A DNA stretch of 32,000 bases from Alkalilimnicola ehrlichii MLHE-1 (GTDB lineage Bacteria; Pseudomonadota; Gammaproteobacteria; Nitrococcales; Halorhodospiraceae): contig NC_008340.1 in the NCBI RefSeq assembly GCF_000014785.1, positions 2,910,001 through 2,942,000 on the forward strand, read 5' to 3'. Each line of letters begins with the position of its first letter. Position 1 is the stretch's first letter. The notes beneath the pieces are model-generated. The model searched no databases. It was not told the origin of the DNA and worked only from the letters and a program-made list of their open reading frames with translations. Shown here piece after piece: positions 20,655-30,436 of the stretch. Both the position numbers and the translations under genes were made by a program.

Positions 20655-20740
20655 GGTTGTCATCCTCTTGAAGGTCAAAGGTTAGGGCACACGGCTACGC
20701 CGCGCTCAAGGTAGTACTCACCTGCCGTGGCAGGTGCGGT

Positions 20741-21613
20741 TCAGCCATTCACAACCCGCTTTCCGGGCTCCGGTTCCTCGCCGACATTGACCTCGGCCGC
20801 CTTGCGGGTGCCGCTCTGCCCCTGCAGTTCCCGGGAGCGCCGGACCAGGAAGTCGACCAAGTGGTTGCGGGTCGGGTAGTAGTTGGGGTGCTCGATGATG
20901 GAGGTCCGGTCCCGCGGCCGGGGGATATCCACCTTCACCGCCTCGGCCACGTGGGCCTCCGGGCCGTTGGTCATCAGCAGGATGCGGTCGGAGAGCAGGA
21001 TGGCCTCGTCCACGTCGTGGGTGATCATGAACACCGTCTGCCCGGAGTCGCTCCAGATCCGCAGCAACTCGTCCTGGATGGTGCCCCGGGTCAGGGCGTC
21101 CAGGGCGCCGAAGGGCTCGTCCATGAGCAGCAGCTTGGGTTCGATGGCGAAGGCGCGGGCGATACCCACCCGCTGGCGCATGCCGCCGGAAAGCTCCGCC
21201 GGGCGCCGGGTCTCACTGCCCTCCAGCCCCACGAGCCGGATGTACTTCATGGCGTGCTCACGCACCTGCTGACGGCTCCAGCCCGGCCAGCGGGCCTGGG
21301 TGGCAAACACCACGTTGGCCAGGGCGCTCTTCCAGGGCAGCAGGCTGTGGTTCTGGAAGATCACCCCCCGGTCCAGGCTCGGGCCCTTCACTTCCTTGCC
21401 GTCCATGAAGACGTTGCCGTCGGTGGCCTCGTCCAGGCCCGCCAGCACGTTCAGGATGGTGGACTTGCCGCAGCCGGAGTGGCCGATGACACAGATGAAC
21501 TCGCCCTTCTCGATGTTGAAGTCCACCCCGTCAAAGACGGTAAGCGGGTCCCCGCCGCGGGCAGCGGGGAAGGTCTTCTTGAGGCTTTCCACCTCGAGGA
21601 ATGCATGACTCAT
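20741..21613 (-). CDS. ABC transporter ATP-binding protein, nitrate/cyanate/bicarbonate type (NrtD/CynD-like)
   Basis: Walker A GHSGCGKST, Q-loop GVIFQNHSLLPWKSALANV, LSGGMRQRVGIARAFAIEPKLLLMDEPFGALDALTR. Confidence 0.93.
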   Translation of the reverse strand: MSHAFLEVESLKKTFPAARGGDPLTVFDGVDFNIEKGEFICVIGHSGCGKSTILNVLAGLDEATDGNVFMDGKEVKGPSLDRGVIFQNHSLLPWKSALANVVFATQARWPGWSRQQVREHAMKYIRLVGLEGSETRRPAELSGGMRQRVGIARAFAIEPKLLLMDEPFGALDALTRGTIQDELLRIWSDSGQTVFMITHDVDEAILLSDRILLMTNGPEAHVAEAVKVDIPRPRDRTSIIEHPNYYPTRNHLVDFLVRRSRELQGQSGTRKAAEVNVGEEPEPGKRVVNG

Positions 21614-21709
21614 AGGGTCTCTCCCGGGGCAGCCCCCGGCGCTCGGCCGGGGGCGCATTGCCCACAGTGACGTTGTACGCGGATGCCTGAATTCAGTGAA
21701 TGCACGGGC

Positions 21710-22549
21710 TCATTCGGCGTACTGCACGGCCCGGGTGGCCATGGCCAGCATGCTGTCCAGGATCATGCCGACGATCCCGATCATGAGCACCGCGAAGATC
21801 ACGCTGGTCAGATCCAGGTTGTTCCACTGGTTCCAGACGAAGTAGCCGACGCCGGTTCCACCGACGAGCATCTCGGCGGCCACGATGACCAGCCAGGAGA
21901 TCCCGATGGCAATGCGCATGCCGGTGAGGATGGTGGGTGCGGCGGCCGGCAGGATCACCGAGAAGGCGGTTTTCACCGGCGAGAGCTGCAGCGTGCGCGC
22001 CACGTTCAGCAGGTCCTTCTTGACCCCCGCCACCCCGAAGGCGGTATTCACCAGGATGGGCCAGACGGAACAGATGAAGATGACGAAGATCGCCGACTGC
22101 ACCGAGTCCTGGATGATGTAGAGCGCCAGGGGCATCCAGGCCAGCGGCGAGATGGGCCGCAGCACCTGGATGTAGGGGTTAAGCGCCTTCTGCATCACCG
22201 GCGACATGCCCACCACGAAGCCCAGCGGGATGGCCACCAGCACCGCCAGCCCGTAGCCGGCCAGCACCCGGCCTATGGAGTGGGCCAGTTGGGTGCCGAT
22301 GCCCTTGTCGTTGCTGCCCCGGTCGTAGAAGGGGTCAGAGAGCTCCGTCACCGCCAGGCTCAACACCTCCGACGGCGCCGGGATGTTGCTGCTGGAAGCG
22401 CTGCCCGCGCCGGTGAGCATTTCGTACTCGCTGAGCTCCTCCTGCCCGGGAACCAGGGTGCCACCCACGCTCCACTCCCAGATGCCCAATATCACCACGA
22501 GCATGGCGAGGCTGAGGACGACGGCCTTGAGGTTCTCGCGACTCAACAT
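21710..22549 (-). CDS. ABC transporter permease (NrtB/CynB-like)
   Basis: IQVLRPISPLAWMPLALYIIQDS...WPILVNTAFGVAGVKKDLLNVARTLQLSPVKTAFSVILPAAAPTILTGMRIAIGISWLVIVAAEMLVGGTGVGYFVWNQWN. Confidence 0.93.
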   Translation of the reverse strand: MLSRENLKAVVLSLAMLVVILGIWEWSVGGTLVPGQEELSEYEMLTGAGSASSSNIPAPSEVLSLAVTELSDPFYDRGSNDKGIGTQLAHSIGRVLAGYGLAVLVAIPLGFVVGMSPVMQKALNPYIQVLRPISPLAWMPLALYIIQDSVQSAIFVIFICSVWPILVNTAFGVAGVKKDLLNVARTLQLSPVKTAFSVILPAAAPTILTGMRIAIGISWLVIVAAEMLVGGTGVGYFVWNQWNNLDLTSVIFAVLMIGIVGMILDSMLAMATRAVQYAE

Positions 22550-22552
22550 GGC

Positions 22553-23980
22553 TTACGACCTCCGTATCTCGAAGCTGTCCACGTAGGCCTCCGGCTGCTC
22601 AGGGTCGAACGCCTTGCCCATGATCATGTGGCTCTTGTAGGTGACCTCCGGCGGCTCGTAGCCCAGCTCGCGCATGAGTTTGCCGCAGTCGGTGGCCAGG
22701 TAGACCTCTTCGGCGATGCCCTTGTAGTCCACGTCGCCGTCCACGTAACCCCAGCGCTTCATCTGGGTCATGATCCACACCGCCATGGAGTGCCAGGGGA
22801 AGGGGTCGAAGTCGATCCGGTCCGGGTCCTCCTTGACGTTGCCCAGCCCGTCGGCGTAGCGGCCAGTCAGCACCTGCTGAATCACCGATACCGGCTGGTT
22901 CAGGTAGTTGCGCGGGGCGATGGCCTCGGAGATCTCGGCCCGGTTCTCGTGCTCGGAGGCATAGTGGGTGGCGTCCACGATGGCCTTGAACAGGGCACCG
23001 AAGCTGTTCGGGTACTCCTCGGCAAAGGCGCGGCTGGTGGCGAAGGCGCAGCAGGGGTGGCCGTCCCAGATCTCCTTGGTGAGCAGGTGGATGAAACCCA
23101 CCTCCTCCCAGACCGCCCGCTGGTTGAAGGGGTCGGGGGCCAGGTAGCCGTCCACGTTGCCGGCGCGCAGGTTGGCCACCATCTCCGGCGGCGGCAGCAC
23201 GCGAATCTGGATATCCCGGTCCGGGTCCAGGCCGTGCTCGGCGACGTAGTAGCGCAGCAGGAAGTTGTGCATGGAGAAGTCGAAGGGCACGGCGAAGCGG
23301 AAGCCCTTCCACTGGCTGGGGTCGCGCTTGTCCTTGTGCTTGTTGTGCAGGGTGATGGCCTGGCCGTTGATGTTCTCCACCGCCGGCATGATGAAGGGCA
23401 TGCTCGACGAGCCGGTGCCCATGGTCATGGCCAGGGGCATGGGGGTGAGCATGTGGGAGGCGTCGTACTCCCGGTTCATGGACATATCCCGGGCCACCGC
23501 CCAGCCGGCGGTGGAGCGCAGGTCCACGTTCAGCCCGTAGCGCTCGTAGAAGCCCATGGGGTGGGCCATGATGATGGGCGTGGCGCAGGTGATGGGCACA
23601 AAGCCCACGGTCAGGTCGCGCTTCTCGGGGTCACCCAGGTTGTCCTTGAGCATGGCCTTGGCCGCATCCAGCGGGAATATGGAGCCCACCGCCGCAGCAA
23701 AGGTGCCGGCGCCCACCGCCTTCAGGAAGAAACGCCGGCTGGCGTCGTGGTGACCGAACAGGGCACGCACCACCGCGCTCTCCACGGCCCGGTCGAACAT
23801 GGCCTCTTTGTCGACGCCCTGCTTCGCGGCCAGCATCTGGTTGGCGTCCTGCTCCGCTGGGGCGGCCCCGTGGTCGTGCTGGGCATGTTCGCCGCCACCG
23901 CAGCTGGAGCAGGTGCAGCCCGCTCCGTGGCGCAGGTCCGCCTCCGGGTTGAACGGGTCGTTGAGTGATCGGTTGCTCAT
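22553..23980 (-). CDS. ABC transporter substrate-binding protein (NrtA/CmpA/CynA family) with Cys/His-rich N-terminal extension and internal Tat motif
   Basis: KRDLTVGFVPITCATPIIMAHPMGFYERYGLNVDL...GWAVARDM...MLTPMPLAMTMG; N-terminus GAGCTCSSCGGGEHAQHDHG then SRRFFLKAVGAG. Confidence 0.9.
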   Translation of the reverse strand: MSNRSLNDPFNPEADLRHGAGCTCSSCGGGEHAQHDHGAAPAEQDANQMLAAKQGVDKEAMFDRAVESAVVRALFGHHDASRRFFLKAVGAGTFAAAVGSIFPLDAAKAMLKDNLGDPEKRDLTVGFVPITCATPIIMAHPMGFYERYGLNVDLRSTAGWAVARDMSMNREYDASHMLTPMPLAMTMGTGSSSMPFIMPAVENINGQAITLHNKHKDKRDPSQWKGFRFAVPFDFSMHNFLLRYYVAEHGLDPDRDIQIRVLPPPEMVANLRAGNVDGYLAPDPFNQRAVWEEVGFIHLLTKEIWDGHPCCAFATSRAFAEEYPNSFGALFKAIVDATHYASEHENRAEISEAIAPRNYLNQPVSVIQQVLTGRYADGLGNVKEDPDRIDFDPFPWHSMAVWIMTQMKRWGYVDGDVDYKGIAEEVYLATDCGKLMRELGYEPPEVTYKSHMIMGKAFDPEQPEAYVDSFEIRRS

Positions 23981-24001
23981 GGTGCTTACCTCCCGCCAAT
24001 A

Positions 24002-24048
24002 ACAAAAAAGGGCGCGGCATCGGCCGGTAGCCGACGCCAGACGCCCTT
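24002..24048 (-). terminator. Intrinsic terminator in the 5' leader of the NrtA/CynA-like gene (attenuator)
   Basis: Minus strand aagggcg-tctg-gcgtcggc-taccg-gccgatgc-c-gcgcccttttttg: outer stem AAGGGCG/CGCCCTT, inner stem GCGTCGGC/GCCGATGC (one GU), followed by an uninterrupted T run (24009-24004) 24 nt before the start codon. Confidence 0.85.
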
Positions 24049-24094
24049 GCCTGGAAAGCCTGTTTCAGTGCCTGCCACCACCCGCCGTTGGGTG
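24037..24094 (-). ncRNA. Putative ANTAR-target leader RNA: two hexaloop hairpins P1 (24094-24079) and P2 (24054-24037)
   Basis: P1 CACCC-AACGGC-GGGTG and P2 CCAGGC-AAGGGC-GTCTGG, both 6-nt loops with A at position 1 and G at position 4. P2 uses the 5' terminator arm as its loop/3' stem. Confidence 0.75.
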
Positions 24095-24120
24095 TCGCGC
24101 TGCGACGGACAGGGCACTGA
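24065..24120 (-). promoter_or_regulatory. 8-bp perfect enclosing stem around P1 at the 5' end of the leader
   Basis: Plus-strand tcagtgcc 24065-24072 is the exact reverse complement of ggcactga 24113-24120. Confidence 0.6.
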
Positions 24121-24129
24121 TGTCAGTGA

Positions 24130-24151
24130 TGTATATTCAATTCGCGTGCCA
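24130..24151 (-). promoter_or_regulatory. Candidate promoter: sigma-54-like TGGCACG-CGAA-TTGAA (24151-24136), overlapping sigma-70-like -10 TATACA (24135-24130)
   Basis: Match to TGGCACGNNNNTTGCW except A instead of C at the -12 position; correct GG-N10 spacing. The predicted start near 24123-24126 falls immediately upstream of the leader stems. Confidence 0.45.
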
Positions 24152-24215
24152 GATTTGGCTTTTACCGTTGAAACAACGTGTTACGAAATAGCTTGACACC
24201 CCGTGGCGGGGCAAC

Positions 24216-24232
24216 TGCACGGCATCGGTGCG
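24216..24232. promoter_or_regulatory. NtrC-box-like dyad
   Basis: TGCACG-GCATC-GGTGCG matches TGCACC-N5-GGTGCA at 10/12 positions, about 100 bp upstream of the inferred start. Confidence 0.4.
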
Positions 24233-24250
24233 GGCATGCACTGCCGCGGG

Positions 24251-24832
24251 TCAACCGTGGGCCAGGCCCGCGTCGACGAGCAGCCTGCGCGCCAGACGCG
24301 GAATAGGCTGCCCGCAGTTCATGGCGCGGCGGCGCAGCAGGTGGTAGGCATCGGCCTCGCCCAGCCCCTCGCGCTCCATCAGCAGGCACTTGGCCTGGTG
24401 CACATCACGCTGCTCGGCAAGCTGGCGGCGAGTGTCCGCCAGCTCGCGGGTCAACCCCTGAAAGCGCTCGTACTGCCGGATGGCCAGGCGGATCGCCCCT
24501 TGCACCCCTTCGCGCGGCACGCCCCCCACGGCGTAGGCACTGAGCCCCGCCGCCGCGGCTGTGCTCATCAATTCCGGGTCGTGATGAACGGAGCCGTTCA
24601 TCACCGGCCCCGGGTACCGCCCCCCGCGGCTGCACAGCCCCTCCAGGGTGTCGCGTTTGCCCGATCCCGCTTCGGTGATGATCACCTCCGGCTCCTCGTC
24701 GAGCACCCGCTGGTAAAGGTCATCCGCGCCCTGCACGGTGGCCACCACGGTAAAGCCCGCCACCTGCAGTGACTCCTCGAGCCAGGCCGAACGCTCCGGC
24801 GAATCATCGACCAGCATGACTTTGGTGACCAT
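24251..24832 (-). CDS. ANTAR-domain response regulator, NasT-like, with degenerate receiver
   Basis: MVTKVMLVDDSPERSAWLEESLQVAGF...PEVIITEAGSGKRDTLE receiver-like; C-terminal RELADTRRQLAEQRDVHQAKCLLMEREGLGEADAYHLLRRRAMNCGQPIPRLARRLL matches the ANTAR pattern. Confidence 0.9.
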   Translation of the reverse strand: MVTKVMLVDDSPERSAWLEESLQVAGFTVVATVQGADDLYQRVLDEEPEVIITEAGSGKRDTLEGLCSRGGRYPGPVMNGSVHHDPELMSTAAAAGLSAYAVGGVPREGVQGAIRLAIRQYERFQGLTRELADTRRQLAEQRDVHQAKCLLMEREGLGEADAYHLLRRRAMNCGQPIPRLARRLLVDAGLAHG

Positions 24833-25099
24833 GAGCAACTCCAGGGGCTGAGCCCGTCAGCAATGATGCAGCGCAAAATAATACAAGGTGCGTGCCACTG
24901 CCCGGGCCTGGCGGTAAAACAGGGAGTTGCATGAATCCGGCGAGGGTCGACGGCGCGTGTCGCGCACGCCGGTGGTGCGCACACTGTTGTCGGGGTCTCA
25001 GTGGCGCACCAAAGTGGACGGTGCGGCAATAGGAATCGTCACCGGGGGGCGGCATAAAGAGTCATCCCGCGGTAACATAAACGGATACACCGCCCGATC

Positions 25100-26749
<1,650 letters not shown>

Positions 26750-26828
26750 CCGGGCTGACTATTTCGCCCCCTCCGTCGGCGGTGGCATTGCTAGACTGCC
26801 GGTAACGGACCCGACGGAGGGTGGCGGA

Positions 26829-27437
26829 GTGAATGAGACCCCCAGGGATGCGCCGGAGAATCAGCACGAAGAACGGCTGTACCGGGAGTATGTCCGGCTG
26901 TCCGAATGCTGCAACAATTACATCCGGGACGCCCTTTCCGATATCAAGCTGCTGGGCGGCATAGGCGCGGTATTGGCCTGGGACCCGGTGGCCCGGATGC
27001 TGGAACTCAATGCACGGCTCGACCAGCCGGTCACCCCGGTGGGGTTCACCACCCTGCTGCTGGTGGTCATGTTCGTGATGTTCTACAATCTGATGAAGCA
27101 GTCGATCTTTTTCTTCCATCAGGCGCGGATGCGCCGGTTCGAGGCCCGTCTCAACGCGCTCCACGCCGACTCCGAACCGATCTTCGCGTTGGCCACCGCC
27201 TGGCCGGACTGGCAGCGCCGGGTGCATGACCGGGTCGCGGTGCCCACCTTTCTGATCTTCTACACCATTCTGATCGGTTTCCCGACCACGCTGATGGTGC
27301 TCCAGGGCTTCGATTACTGGGCGGTCTTCTACGCCGTGCTCGCCGTGCTGTTGGCAACGGGCCATCTGGTCAGCGTGCTGCACTTGGTCCGCAGCCTCGA
27401 GCGCGACGCCCGTCAGCCCCACCCACCGCCGGGGTAA
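26829..27437 (+). CDS. Hypothetical membrane protein
   Basis: GTG start with upstream ggaggg SD; three or so hydrophobic segments (VGFTTLLLVVMFVMFYNLM, VPTFLIFYTILIGFPTTLMVL, YWAVFYAVLAVLLATGHLVSVLH). Confidence 0.7.
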   Translation: MNETPRDAPENQHEERLYREYVRLSECCNNYIRDALSDIKLLGGIGAVLAWDPVARMLELNARLDQPVTPVGFTTLLLVVMFVMFYNLMKQSIFFFHQARMRRFEARLNALHADSEPIFALATAWPDWQRRVHDRVAVPTFLIFYTILIGFPTTLMVLQGFDYWAVFYAVLAVLLATGHLVSVLHLVRSLERDARQPHPPPG

Positions 27438-27473
27438 GGCGCGGGTCGTCCCCTCCGCCGGGCGAGCAACGCC

Positions 27474-28517
27474 TCAGGGCAGCAACCCGGCACGCAGGGC
27501 GCGGTCCAGCGCCTCCAGGTCGGTGCCTGTCTCCGCCGGCTGGATCACCTCCAGCCGCGGCCGGCCGCCGCCGGCAGGGGGGCCGCCCGGCGACAGACCC
27601 CCTTCCCCCGCCACCCGGTTGATGTGCTGCCAACCCGCCTGCGTGGGTACGATGCCTTTGACCCGCTCTGCCGACAAGCCATCGACCAAATCCACCAAGG
27701 TCGGGTGATCGAGACGGGCGCCCGCAGGCAGTAGCCAACTCCGTCCCACAAAGCCGTCCGCCTGCCGGTCGATGACCACCCAGTCATCCGGCGCCGCCTC
27801 GGACGCACCGTGGCGGTGCTCGTGGTGGTGATGACCGCCGGTGCGGGTGGCCTGTTGGGCCTGAAAGGCCTGCACCTCCGGGAACAGCGCACCACCGCGA
27901 TCCAGGCGCGGCCGGTCCAGCAGCGGCGGGGCGACCCTCCCCTGGCGGGTCTCGATGACCCGGGGCCGCGGTGCCGGCCGGCCCGCCACAAAGTTCTGCA
28001 GTGCAGTATGATCAGCCTCGCTGTAGAGGTCCGCCTTATTGGCGAGCAGGACATCCGCCAGGTGGATCTGATCATTCCAATTGGGGTGCTCGCGATGGCG
28101 GATCGAGGCCAGGTGGCGGGCGTCCATCAGGGTGACGGTGGCGCGCAGATCGAGGCGCTGGTCATAGGGCGGTGCCGTCAGGGTGCGGATGATCTCCGCC
28201 GGATGGCCCAGCCCGGTGGGCTCGATCAGGATGCGATCCGGCCGGGCGTGACGGATCAGCCGATCCAGCCCCACGGTGAACAGCCGGGCTGAGACACAGC
28301 ACAGGCAGCCGCCGGGGATCTCCTCCAGCGCCACCCCGGTGTCCTCCAGCAGGCCGCCGTCCACGCCGATCTCCCCAAACTCGTTGACCAGCACCGCCCA
28401 GCGCTCGCCCTGTGGCCGCCCCGCCAGCAGCCCCCGGATGGTGGTGGTCTTGCCCACCCCCAGGAAGCCGGTGATGAGATTGGTCCTGATCAGCGGTCCG
28501 CCGCCGGTAACGGTCAT
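27474..28517 (-). CDS. COG0523/CobW-family GTP-binding protein (putative metallochaperone)
   Basis: TNLITGFLGVGKTTTIRGLLAGRP, VLVNEFGEIGVDGGLL, EEIPGGCLCCVSA (CxCC), LANKADL; His-rich GGHHHHEHRHG. Confidence 0.93.
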   Translation of the reverse strand: MTVTGGGPLIRTNLITGFLGVGKTTTIRGLLAGRPQGERWAVLVNEFGEIGVDGGLLEDTGVALEEIPGGCLCCVSARLFTVGLDRLIRHARPDRILIEPTGLGHPAEIIRTLTAPPYDQRLDLRATVTLMDARHLASIRHREHPNWNDQIHLADVLLANKADLYSEADHTALQNFVAGRPAPRPRVIETRQGRVAPPLLDRPRLDRGGALFPEVQAFQAQQATRTGGHHHHEHRHGASEAAPDDWVVIDRQADGFVGRSWLLPAGARLDHPTLVDLVDGLSAERVKGIVPTQAGWQHINRVAGEGGLSPGGPPAGGGRPRLEVIQPAETGTDLEALDRALRAGLLP

Positions 28518-28669
28518 GCCCTCCTCCCTTCGTTCCGCCTGCACCTGCGCCCATTACACCACAGCCCCGGGGGCGCTGAGCGGTGGCTCCGCGCCGGCGG
28601 CCGGGGCTTGGGGGGCCGGCCGCCGGCGATACCATGGCGCCAGGGGATTGGCGGACGAGAGGCCCGGGC

Positions 28670-28849
28670 ATGACCCATGCGGTGTTTCGCTTTTACGAGG
28701 AGCTGAACGACTTCCTGCCGCCGGAACGGCGCAAGGTGGCCTTCGATCACCCGCTGGACCGCCGGGCCGCTGTCAAGGACGTAATCGAGCGCTCGCGGCA
28801 GCGCGACGACCGGGCGCCGGGCGCGCCGCCCGCCTCCGGCGGTGGCTGA
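28670..28849 (+). pseudogene. Truncated Mut7-C ubiquitin-like domain protein (remnant)
   Basis: MTHAVFRFYEELNDFLPPERRKVAFDHPLDRRAAVKDVIE resembles the start of Mut7-C ubiquitin-like/RNase proteins but stops at ~59 aa with an unrelated Gly/Pro-rich tail. Confidence 0.6.
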
Positions 28850-28868
28850 CCTGCCCCTGCCCCGCCGT

Positions 28869-29110
28869 TCAGCCGAGCCGTGGCCCCAGGTAGTCGAGCA
28901 GGTCCTGCAGGCTGTGCAGCCGGCCGTAGTCGGCCTCCGGGATGTCCACCCCCAGCCGCTTGTGCAGCGCGGTCAGCAGATTGAGCGCATCCACCGAGTC
29001 CAGGTCGTACTCGTCACGCAGGGACGCCTGATCGTCCACCGCCGCCACATCGACATCGGGGGCGATGCGGGCCAGCTCCTCGAGAATGGTGCGGCGCAGG
29101 TCTTCTTGCT

Positions 29111-29114
<4 letters not shown>
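28869..29114 (-). CDS. Acyl carrier protein
   Basis: [81 protein letters not shown]; DSV phosphopantetheine site; GTG start overlapping the E2 stop (GTGA). Confidence 0.93.

Positions 29115-30432
<1,318 letters not shown>

Positions 30433-30436
<4 letters not shown>

Noticed and set aside
24974-25026. NtrC-like or other operator in the pckA upstream region (GGTGCGC...GCGCACC...GGTGC)
   Set aside because: Repeated GGTGC/GCACC half-sites exist, but the spacing (9 bp instead of 5 bp) does not fit an NtrC box and no promoter register could be established.
28517-28600. Zur box ahead of the COG0523 gene
   Set aside because: No convincing match to GTTAT-type dyads; the nearby gtaatgggcgcag stretch is not palindromic.
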